DNA of 64,000 bases, from assembly GCA_017551905.1 (NCBI GenBank), contig JAFZKK010000161.1:127-64126 (forward strand). Reading direction: 5' to 3'. Below the pieces are notes generated by a model. The model did not search any database. It was not told where the DNA came from and saw only the letters and a list, made by a program, of their open reading frames with translations. Shown piece by piece: positions 56,618 to 64,000 of the stretch; the stretch's first letter is position 1; every line of letters begins with the position of its first letter. Made by a program: the position numbers and the translations under genes. The stretch comes from Salinivirgaceae bacterium (GTDB lineage: Bacteria; Bacteroidota; Bacteroidia; Bacteroidales; SZUA-534).

Positions 56618-57703
56618 ATGAAAGTTTTTAATGTGATTTCTACAGCCGTTTTTCTATCAGTTGCTGGCACAATAGCCTACAAACTGATTTCGGCTGATAA
56701 TGAATATTATGCGACAGTCAATCCGCAGATTCGCACCATTGAGGAAAAAACACGCATTCCTGGCAATGTGTATCCCATAAAAGAGATAGAAGTCAAATCG
56801 CAGATTTCTGGAATTTTGGAAGAAATAAAAGTGAAGGTGGGCGATTTTGTTGTTACAAACCAACCTGTGGCCACCATCAAACTTGTGCCAAACTCGTCCG
56901 ACATCGAGAATCTGCGCAGCAATGTCGAACTCACAAGAATATCGTATGAGAACAGAAAAGCCGATTATGAACGGGCCAAAATACTTTTCGCCAAAAAAGT
57001 TATTGCAAAAGCCGAGTTTGAAAGCGTTGAAAAAGAGTTTTCGCAAGTGTCGGAACAGTACCGCACGGCGCAGAATCTGTATAACATTTCGAGCCGTGGA
57101 TATACCGATGGCAGCGATATGGCAAATGTTGTGAAATCGAGCACCAACGGCACAATTATCGACATTCCCATCGAAGAAGGCGCGTCGGTGATAGAGCGTA
57201 ACAACTACAATCAAGGCACAACGGTGGCCATTTTGGCGGCAATGAACCGTTTTGTTTTCCGTGCTCAGGTAGCCGAGCAATATTTGCAGTATATCAAATT
57301 CGGAACAAATGTTACACTGACATTCAATGCCTACGATTCGCTGCAAGTGGTGGCACAGGTAACCAAAGTGTCGGCCAAAGGTGTGCAGGTGAACGGTATG
57401 ATGCGGTACACAATCGATGCCGAATTTGAGATAACCGACTCTATGCCGACAATACGCTCGGGGTATTCGGCAACGGCAGAAATTGTACTAAACCGCCGCG
57501 ATAGTGTTGTGGCCATCGAGGAACGTTTCATCCGCTTTTCGGGCGATACCGCATACGTCAACACCAAAGACACCAACACAAACAAACCTTATCGGGTTTA
57601 CATAAACACAGGCATTTCCGATGGCGTTTTCTGTGAAGTGACCGACGGCCTGAATGTCCGCGACAATGTTATTACACGCGATATTGACAAAGACAATGAT
57701 TGA
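56618..57703 (+). CDS. HlyD/MFP-family periplasmic adaptor
   Basis: N-terminal anchor, lipoyl-like motif (GILEEIKVKVGDFVVTNQPVATI), a coiled-coil hairpin and a beta-barrel region. Located between MacB-type permease and ATPase genes. Confidence 0.8.
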   Translation: MKVFNVISTAVFLSVAGTIAYKLISADNEYYATVNPQIRTIEEKTRIPGNVYPIKEIEVKSQISGILEEIKVKVGDFVVTNQPVATIKLVPNSSDIENLRSNVELTRISYENRKADYERAKILFAKKVIAKAEFESVEKEFSQVSEQYRTAQNLYNISSRGYTDGSDMANVVKSSTNGTIIDIPIEEGASVIERNNYNQGTTVAILAAMNRFVFRAQVAEQYLQYIKFGTNVTLTFNAYDSLQVVAQVTKVSAKGVQVNGMMRYTIDAEFEITDSMPTIRSGYSATAEIVLNRRDSVVAIEERFIRFSGDTAYVNTKDTNTNKPYRVYINTGISDGVFCEVTDGLNVRDNVITRDIDKDND

Positions 57704-58361
57704 GCTGCGCAATATATGCAAATCGTACACCACGGCTTTCAACAAACTCGATGTGCTGAAAGGCATTAATCTGCATATCGGGCAGGGCGAGATGGTTTCG
57801 ATAATGGGTGCGTCGGGTTCTGGCAAATCAACACTGCTTAACATTTTGGGGCTGCTTGACAAATACGACTCGGGCGAATACCTGATAAAAGGAACTTTGA
57901 TGCAGAACCTTTCGTTTGCCGAGGCCGCCCGCTACCGCAACCGCATATTGGGTTTCGTGTTTCAGTCGGCAAGCCTTATCAACTATAAGAACATTGTTGA
58001 GAATGTCGCCTTGCCGCTGTTTTATAGGGGTGTCGGGCAAAAAGAGCGTAACCGTCAGGCTCTCGATTGTCTCGACAAATTTGGTCTGCGCAATTGGGCC
58101 ACTCATTTTCCAAACGAACTCAGCGGCGGTCAGAAGCAGCGTGTCGCCATTGCCCGAGCCATAATCGGCAATCCCGATATTATCTTGGCCGACGAACCAA
58201 CTGGCCAACTTGACTCAACTACAACATCAGAGGTGTTGCAGATTTTGCAAGACATCAACAGTCAAGGTAAAACCGTTGTCATTGTTACGCACGAGGAATT
58301 TATAGCTCAACACACAAGTCGGGTAATCAGAATAAAAGATGGAATGGTTGATGGTTGCTGA
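57696..58361 (+). CDS. MacB/LolD-type ABC transporter ATP-binding protein
   Basis: GASGSGKSTLLN, LSGGQKQRVAIARA, IILADEPTG. The start ATG at 57696 overlaps the adaptor gene's stop (ATGATTGA). Confidence 0.88.
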   Translation: MIELRNICKSYTTAFNKLDVLKGINLHIGQGEMVSIMGASGSGKSTLLNILGLLDKYDSGEYLIKGTLMQNLSFAEAARYRNRILGFVFQSASLINYKNIVENVALPLFYRGVGQKERNRQALDCLDKFGLRNWATHFPNELSGGQKQRVAIARAIIGNPDIILADEPTGQLDSTTTSEVLQILQDINSQGKTVVIVTHEEFIAQHTSRVIRIKDGMVDGC

Positions 58362-58429
58362 TGGAAGATAACATAAAATCCCGTGTTACAATGAATTTAA
58401 TAGATAAAACAATTAAAATGGCACACGTA

Positions 58430-60304
58430 ATGAAATGCTCAACTTATTTGTTGGTTGCAGTATTGCTTTTCGCATCCTGTAATCGCGGCGGTGGTGACTT
58501 TGAAAATGTTTTGGCATCTTATCGAGATGAACCGAAAAAATTGAATGCGGCTAAATTCTTACTTGATAATGCCAAGCATTACTATACAACCGACAATCGC
58601 GACTTGCTTGATTTTTACCTGTTTCTCGATTCTCTGTCGCTGAGCGATGTTACTTATCACGAAGAGAAAAAACTGCTCAACAACTATTTTCAGAATCATC
58701 ATTCAGCACGCTCGCGTCATATTCCTGATAGCAAGCAACTAACAGCCGAATATCTGAGCAGGAACATAAACAATGCGTTCCAATTCTATGGGCAAAGTTG
58801 GAACAAGCATCTCTCTGATTCCGCCTTTTTCGAATATGTTTTGCCATACCGCGTGGGTGATGAGTATCTTGAAGACTGGCGTCAGTTCTTTTTGGATAAA
58901 TATGGGTACATATTAGACAGCCTTAGAGTTACTGGTCAGGAAATTACCACTCGGTTGCTTGCCAACGAGATACTGAAAGTGCTGAAACAACGCGAAATAC
59001 ACAACCTTCAAACCAACATTTACAGCAGCACACTTCGCCCGTCAACATTAGATAAAATTAAAGTTGGTCAGTGTATAGACTTCACTGATTATGTTGACTT
59101 TGTAATGCGCTCGTTTGGCATACCTTGCGTTAAAGACGGAATCTTCGACTGGCACTGTTGGAACGCGGTTTTAACCCCCGATTCAACTCTTGATTGTTAC
59201 GTTGAGTGTACTTTTGAGGATAAACATCTTGACAATTGGCTATTCTATGTGGGTTGGAAAAACTTGCCCAAAATATGGCGTGAGACTTTTTCCGAGAATC
59301 CGAAATCGTTGGCCAAGATTTGTGGCAAAGAACCTATTCCGCCATTTTTCCGAAATGCTTGTATGATTGATGTCTCAAAAGAGTATTTCAAAGGCTACGA
59401 TGTTGATTTTGAGATACAAAGCAATCCCAATAGCAATAAATTCGCCTACCTGAAAGTCTGGAACAATGGTTTTGTTTTTGTTGATTGGGCGGCCATTAAG
59501 GATGGCAAGTGTAAGTTTTTGAATGTCAGCGATTCGGTGGTGTATTTCCCGTCATTTTACGATGGTCGGAAAAACTTGCCTTTGTCATACCCGTTTGTGG
59601 TTACAGCCGAAGGCCGCCGCAACTTTGTGCCAAACAACGCCAAAACTCAACAAATGGTGCTTTACCGAAAATACTTTATCAAGCGGGCGCACAACGTATT
59701 CCTAAAGCGTATGCTCGATGGGGTCTTTGTCGGTGCTAACAATCCCGATTTCAGCGATTCGACACTTATATGCACCATAAGCGAAATGCCCAAAATGTAT
59801 TGGAACGAGATAGAACTCACATCGGCAAAGAAGTTCAAATACATTAAATACGTTTCGCCCATTTGGTCGTGGCTCAATGTAGGCGAAATGGAATTCTACA
59901 ACGCACAGGGCGAACTGCTTTCGGGTGAAATTATCGGTGCACAAAATTTTAGCTCTGAAGAATTTTCAACCAAGAATGCTTTCGACGGCGACGTGCTCAC
60001 ATACGTTGATGCCATTCAGCCTCATCACGCTTGGTTGGGTCTGGTGTTCGACAGTCCGCAGCAGATTGCCAAAATCCGTTACATTCCACGTAACGATGAT
60101 AATTTCGTTCAGGCAGGACAGTTGTACGAGCTTCTTTATGCCGACTCAACGGGCTGGCAATCAATGGGAAAGCAATACGCTGCGGCAGACTCTCTAATAT
60201 ATGACAATGTACCTTCTGGAGCAATATATCTGCTAAAGAACCTTACTAAAGGCCACGAAGAACGCATTTTTGAATATAAAAACGGCAAGCAGGTATTTTG
60301 GTAA
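58430..60304 (+). CDS. Lipoprotein with transglutaminase-like cysteine protease core and C-terminal F5/8 type C (discoidin)-like domain
   Basis: Lipobox MKCSTYLLVAVLLFASC|NRG. Transglutaminase-like Cys/His motifs (VGQCIDFTDYV.., WHCWNAV). C-terminal ..KNAFDGDVLTYVDA..WLGLVFD..IAKIRYIPRND.. is typical of discoidin domains. Confidence 0.55.
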   Translation: MKCSTYLLVAVLLFASCNRGGGDFENVLASYRDEPKKLNAAKFLLDNAKHYYTTDNRDLLDFYLFLDSLSLSDVTYHEEKKLLNNYFQNHHSARSRHIPDSKQLTAEYLSRNINNAFQFYGQSWNKHLSDSAFFEYVLPYRVGDEYLEDWRQFFLDKYGYILDSLRVTGQEITTRLLANEILKVLKQREIHNLQTNIYSSTLRPSTLDKIKVGQCIDFTDYVDFVMRSFGIPCVKDGIFDWHCWNAVLTPDSTLDCYVECTFEDKHLDNWLFYVGWKNLPKIWRETFSENPKSLAKICGKEPIPPFFRNACMIDVSKEYFKGYDVDFEIQSNPNSNKFAYLKVWNNGFVFVDWAAIKDGKCKFLNVSDSVVYFPSFYDGRKNLPLSYPFVVTAEGRRNFVPNNAKTQQMVLYRKYFIKRAHNVFLKRMLDGVFVGANNPDFSDSTLICTISEMPKMYWNEIELTSAKKFKYIKYVSPIWSWLNVGEMEFYNAQGELLSGEIIGAQNFSSEEFSTKNAFDGDVLTYVDAIQPHHAWLGLVFDSPQQIAKIRYIPRNDDNFVQAGQLYELLYADSTGWQSMGKQYAAADSLIYDNVPSGAIYLLKNLTKGHEERIFEYKNGKQVFW

Positions 60305-60427
60305 ATAAGGTATCACAAGTCCGCCCGTGTTAAAATTTGAGATTTTTTCTCATATCTCAACACAAGTTTGTCTCATATTTATATCTTTGCAGATAGTTTT
60401 TTGTATGAATCATTAAAGCATATAGCT

Positions 60428-61693
60428 ATGTTACTGGATTTTACAGTTGGAAACTATCGTTCTTTTTACGAGAAGAAAACATTTTCAATGCAAGCACAAA
60501 AGTTGAGTGAGGGTGCAAAAGAGAACGTATTTTCCACAAAATCATACGATATTCTTAAAACGTTGGCGGTTTATGGTGCCAATTCGAGTGGAAAATCAAA
60601 TTTGGTTAAAGCCCTGCAAACTATGAAGTTGTGTGTGCTGACTTCGGTAAAACTGAATCCTAACGAAGTTCTTTTATATGAACCGTTTTTGCTGCTGAAA
60701 GATAATACGACACCAACATTGTTTGAAGTGTCTTTCTTGCAAGACGATTACTGCTATCGCTACGGTTTTTCTTATACGCAAACTAAAATTGTCGATGAAT
60801 GGCTGTTCCGCAAAACAACGGTACGTTCGAAAGAGCAGACACTTTTCATCCGAACCAAAGAAGGCATTGCTTTTGAAGATAAAATGTTCCCTGAAGGCAC
60901 AGGATTGGAATCGAAAGTGAACGACAACCGTCTATTCCTTTCTCTTTGCGCTCAATTGGGGGGCGAAATCTCAAACAAAGTCATTTCGTGGTTTGAGTCC
61001 GATTTCAATGCTGTTTCGGGTCTTAATAACCAAGAATATCGCGGTTTCTCAAAATCGCTTTTCCACCAAAAGAAAGAAGCAAGTCGGGAAGCTATGAACT
61101 TGTTCAAAAAACTAAAATTGGGGTTCGGCGAGATTTCAACACACGAAGAGGAAATAACAATTCCTAATGACGCCCCAAAAGAATTAATGGCTCTGCTTAC
61201 TAAAGTCGCAGGCCAGAAGAAAATCGAAATCGAATCTGTGCATAACTTATATAACAAGAAAGGGGCATCTTGTGGTTCTGTCAGATTCCCGTTCGATGAA
61301 AAAGAATCTTCGGGTACTCGTAAGTTGTTTGATATGTCGGGTCCAATTTTCGACACATTGGAGAAGGGGGCCGTTTTGGTTATTGACGAATTAGATGCGA
61401 AAATGCACCCGCTTATTTCGCAGGAAATCATTCGTTTGTTCAATAATAAAGAGAAAAATCCAAAAAACGCCCAATTAATTTTCACCACTCACGACACTCA
61501 TTTGTTGTCAACTAAAATGCTTAGGCGTGACCAGATTTGGTTTACCGAGAAAAACGATGCTGAACAAACCGATTTATACAGTTTGACAGATATTGTGTTG
61601 CCCGACGGCTCAAAGCCTCGCAACGATGCCAACTATGAGAAAAATTACATTGCTGGCCGTTACGGGGCTATTCCATACATTACCAACGATTAA
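60428..61693 (+). CDS. AAA_21-type (ABC/SMC-like) ATPase of an AbiL/PARIS-like two-gene defence module
   Basis: MLLDFTVGNYRSF.., Walker A GANSSGKSN, Walker B/D-loop VLVIDELDAKMHP, QLIFTTHDTHLL. Start chosen at ATG 60428. Confidence 0.7.
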   Translation: MLLDFTVGNYRSFYEKKTFSMQAQKLSEGAKENVFSTKSYDILKTLAVYGANSSGKSNLVKALQTMKLCVLTSVKLNPNEVLLYEPFLLLKDNTTPTLFEVSFLQDDYCYRYGFSYTQTKIVDEWLFRKTTVRSKEQTLFIRTKEGIAFEDKMFPEGTGLESKVNDNRLFLSLCAQLGGEISNKVISWFESDFNAVSGLNNQEYRGFSKSLFHQKKEASREAMNLFKKLKLGFGEISTHEEEITIPNDAPKELMALLTKVAGQKKIEIESVHNLYNKKGASCGSVRFPFDEKESSGTRKLFDMSGPIFDTLEKGAVLVIDELDAKMHPLISQEIIRLFNNKEKNPKNAQLIFTTHDTHLLSTKMLRRDQIWFTEKNDAEQTDLYSLTDIVLPDGSKPRNDANYEKNYIAGRYGAIPYITND

Positions 61694-61705
61694 AATGATA
61701 AGCGT

Positions 61706-62416
61706 ATGCCAGCAAATAGAATAAAATTAGAGCCAGCACTCGTACGACGATACGCAAAACAGGCACAAAAGCACGAGCCTCTTAAAGTTAGGTGTCATAT
61801 TCTCATTGTGTGTGAAGGTAAGAAAACCGAGCCTAATTATTTCAAGGCTTTCAAATCCTTTAACCGTGGCACATACGTGTATGACATTGATGTGCTTGGG
61901 TTGGGTGAAAATACGCTTAATGTTGTCAATAAGGCCATAGAACTCAGAGACAATGGCAATTACGACCGTGTTTGGGCTGTGTTTGACAAAGACTCATTCC
62001 CTGATGCTAAGTTCAACAGTGCCATAACTAAAGCCGCAGAAAAAGGTATATGCTGCGCGTGGAGCAATGAAGCGTTTGAGTTGTGGTATCTTTATCATTT
62101 TGTCAACCGCACAACAGCAATGCACCGCGACGAGTATCAAGCAGCCATTTCTGCCGAAGTGAACAAATCACCAAAATATAAGTCAAAGAAAAAGTATGTG
62201 TATGCAAAGAACGATGCCGAAAACTATCGAATTATGACTACATACGGTTCTATGGACAATGCCTTAAAGTTTGCAGAGGCAAAAAGCAAAGAATATACCG
62301 ATTGTCGCTACGCCAAGCACAATCCGTGCACAATGGTATTTAAATTGGTTCGTCAGTTGATTGGGAAAGACGAAGTTTTGAATGAAGAATTGACACACAA
62401 AGTTGAGAACCCATAA
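61706..62416 (+). CDS. RloB-like (Toprim-type) protein
   Basis: ILIVCEGKKTEPNYFKAF (Toprim Glu), VWAVFDKDSF (DxD), CAWSNEAFELWYLYHF: the RloB family signature series. Lies 12 nt after the ATPase gene. Confidence 0.7.
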   Translation: MPANRIKLEPALVRRYAKQAQKHEPLKVRCHILIVCEGKKTEPNYFKAFKSFNRGTYVYDIDVLGLGENTLNVVNKAIELRDNGNYDRVWAVFDKDSFPDAKFNSAITKAAEKGICCAWSNEAFELWYLYHFVNRTTAMHRDEYQAAISAEVNKSPKYKSKKKYVYAKNDAENYRIMTTYGSMDNALKFAEAKSKEYTDCRYAKHNPCTMVFKLVRQLIGKDEVLNEELTHKVENP

Positions 62417-62454
62417 CACAAGCTATCCTCAATTTTACAGAAAATAGTAAGTAG

Positions 62455-62485
62455 CGGCCGTCGAAAGATGGTCGTTTCTGTTTTT
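62455..62485 (+). terminator. Rho-independent terminator after the RloB-like gene
   Basis: cggccgtc-GAAA-gatggtcg (two G.U pairs, valid only in the plus-strand RNA) followed by tttctgttttt. Confidence 0.55.
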
Positions 62486-62693
62486 ATAAAATGATGCAAT
62501 AATAATCACACAAATATTTTACTGCGGAAGGAGGCAATAGCCGTTGCCGACGGACAACATAGCCGCAGTTTTCAAGTTGCGAGCGTTGCTCGCCAATCCA
62601 TTTTGTCATCGTTCGCCGACTTACCTCAGCGTGTTTGGCAAGTTGGTAAGGGAACAGCGAGGGGTAACGTACTTGTTTAGGAACTGTTTCCAT
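62484..62693 (-). CDS. DUF4248-like small protein
   Basis: 69-aa ORF. The pattern ..YQLAKHAEVSRRTMTKWIGEQRSQLENCGYVVRRQRLLPPSAVKYL.. resembles Bacteroides DUF4248 proteins. A candidate -7 box TATTTTTG (minus strand, 62716..62723) lies upstream. Confidence 0.5.
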   Translation of the reverse strand: METVPKQVRYPSLFPYQLAKHAEVSRRTMTKWIGEQRSQLENCGYVVRRQRLLPPSAVKYLCDYYCIIL

Positions 62694-62974
62694 AGCAATT
62701 TTGTTGTAAGTGGCTCAAAAATACGTTTTTGTGTTAATGCGAATGCGCAATAATTTTTTTCAAGTGAAAGTTTGCTTTTTCTATTTCGCTTTCGCGGAAT
62801 TTTCGCACCAAGCCGTTTGCAAGTTCCGAGCGTTCGCGGTTCGTCCCTCACCGCACTACCACCCAAGCCACTTGCAAAACTTTGCGTCCGTATTCCGTTT
62901 AGCGTAAGGCATTTACGCCGTCCTCTTTGTCCTATCCGTCGTCTGCGTTCCGTTTCTTCCTTTTGCATTCTATG

Positions 62975-63008
62975 CAAAAAAGAAAGGCAAGCCTCTGCGC
63001 TTGCCCTT
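62975..63008 (-). terminator. Rho-independent terminator after the 63030..63665 gene
   Basis: The minus strand reads aagggcaagc-gcagag-gcttgccttt followed by CTTTTTTG. Confidence 0.6.
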
Positions 63009-63029
63009 CTCATTCAATCCTTCTCTCAT

Positions 63030-63665
63030 TCAATTCCTCAATCGCCTCGCCACCCACATTCCAACCGCCACCACCACACCCAAATTGAAAAGCCAGTCAT
63101 TCCGTCGTTGTATCTCTCTGTTGAGTTGCTGTTGTTGTCGGTCTGTTGTTGATGTTGCTTTGTTTGTCCTCGTTATTTTCACCACACCGCCGCCGTTCTC
63201 AATAAGGTCGGCAACAATATCGTCCGTGTCAGTCGTTTGTTTTTCGCTTGTTGCCTTTCCGTTTCGTGTGGTGGGATTCAGCCCGCCATTTTCCCGTGTT
63301 CTGTTCTTTTTGTTTGCAATCCTTGCAAACAGTCCGTTGTTTGCTGTCGTGTTTGTTCGGTGTGCGGCGTACTCGCCGCACTGTCCGTCAAGCGTGGTGA
63401 GCTTTAGCTCGCCGTGTGTCCTGTCCGTTTTGTTTGCAATCCTTGCAAACGTTCCGTTGTCTGTGGTTTGTTGTCCGTAGCCCTTCCGTGCCGCCACCAC
63501 CTCAATAATTGTAGTTTCCTCGCTCTGTGCCGTGCTATCCACAACCAAATTGTTTTGGCTCACCATTTTGCCGCACTTACAACCCCAAAGCAACCATATT
63601 GCCGCCAATGCCAACAGCCAAATAGTCTGCACCTTAATGTTCATTTTTGTGTGTCTGTCAATCAT
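63030..63665 (-). CDS. Hypothetical protein with N-terminal lipoprotein-type signal, polar repeat region and C-terminal TM anchor (unimolecular-spanin-like topology)
   Basis: MNIKVQTIWLLALAAIWLLWGC|KCG. Two ~40-aa repeats (..NGTFARIANKTDRT.. / ..NGLFARIANKKNRT..; 120-nt DNA period). C-terminal WLFNLGVVVAVGMWVARRLRN. A terminator follows. Confidence 0.5.
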   Translation of the reverse strand: MIDRHTKMNIKVQTIWLLALAAIWLLWGCKCGKMVSQNNLVVDSTAQSEETTIIEVVAARKGYGQQTTDNGTFARIANKTDRTHGELKLTTLDGQCGEYAAHRTNTTANNGLFARIANKKNRTRENGGLNPTTRNGKATSEKQTTDTDDIVADLIENGGGVVKITRTNKATSTTDRQQQQLNREIQRRNDWLFNLGVVVAVGMWVARRLRN

Positions 63666-63915
63666 AGTTTTGTTTGTTTAGTGTCGGTGGCTTTAGCCGC
63701 CGCTCTTTTTCGTGTTTTTGTTTGTTGTGTTCGCGGCGTACTCGCCGCGCTTTCGTGTTTTCCGTTCTTTTCGTAGTTTGTCCGTTCCGTGTCGCTTGCT
63801 TTAGCAAGCCCTTTCCGTGTTTTTAGTGTGTTCCGTGGTTAAAGTTTAGGTGGCTTTAGCCGCCGCTCTGTCGTTATTGCCTATCCCGTTAAACCGTTAA
63901 TCCGTCCTCTGTGTC

Positions 63916-64000
63916 CTATATTGTCCTCTGCGCCCTCTGCGTTCCATTCCCAAATTCCGCTGCCACGTTGAAACAAGGACAAGCCTTGTTTGCAAATTCG
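63916..64000 (-). CDS. 3' end of a CDS running off the window; possibly an N-acetylmuramoyl-L-alanine amidase (amidase_2)
   Basis: The minus-strand frame open from the window edge reads ..EFANKACPCFNVAAEFGNGTQRAQRTI*. The KxCPxF[DN]V ending is reminiscent of Bacteroides amidase_2 C-termini, and the DUF4248 context fits. Only 27 codons are visible. Confidence 0.3.
   Translation of the reverse strand, partial: EFANKACPCFNVAAEFGNGTQRAQRTI

Noticed and set aside
62621-63013. 130-aa minus-strand ORF overlapping the DUF4248-like gene
   Set aside because: The translation is Arg/Lys-rich and low in complexity. It overlaps the better-supported DUF4248-like ORF and spans a terminator hairpin. Likely spurious.
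63001-63776. Plus-strand ORFs 63001-63480 and 63414-63776 (Cys/Phe/Val/Ser-rich)
   Set aside because: They are translations of the pyrimidine-rich strand opposite the 211-aa minus-strand gene and its upstream hairpin region. They show no motifs, no sensible signal or TM logic, and are full of the hairpin repeats.

Overview
This looks like a Bacteroidales-type chromosomal segment. The evidence is a T9SS C-terminal sorting domain, BspA-like LRR proteins, DUF4837- and DUF4248-like genes, and TAnnTTTG-like -7 boxes. The left ~40 kb is mostly core genome: two tandem Cache-HAMP-GAF sensors, pgeF, lepA, sufBCD, a blaI/blaR1-like pair, trmD, a large TPR/beta-propeller/OmpA/SPOR protein, a GNAT, a radical SAM/SPASM protein, a BASS-like transporter, an M16 peptidase, birA and a NarL/LuxR-type two-component pair. 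Small accessory insertions interrupt this core. There are three HEPN/nucleotidyltransferase toxin-antitoxin-like pairs. There is also an AT-rich islet (about 11.56-12.97 kb) carrying an orphan gene whose product matches the class III nucleotidyl cyclase motif series, next to a ~120-nt long imperfect hairpin. From 40748 rightwards, an integrase-bearing element appears to truncate a BspA-like LRR gene. It carries a primase/DUF3987/excisionase module, a Wzy_C-like plus TPR pair, and a double-glycine-leader bacteriocin locus (precursor, C39-ABC exporter, thioredoxin, putative immunity ABC, MacB/HlyD pump, transglutaminase-discoidin lipoprotein). It also carries an AAA_21 ATPase + RloB/Toprim pair (AbiL/PARIS-like defence architecture). 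The right edge holds a pyrimidine-skewed, hairpin-rich region with DUF4248, a lipoprotein-signal/C-terminal-TM protein and a partial amidase-like CDS. Many core intergenic spacers consist of short-period (6-8 nt) degenerate tandem 'word' repeats. I saw no rRNA, tRNA or CRISPR array. All domain calls come from motif reading by eye; no searches were run.
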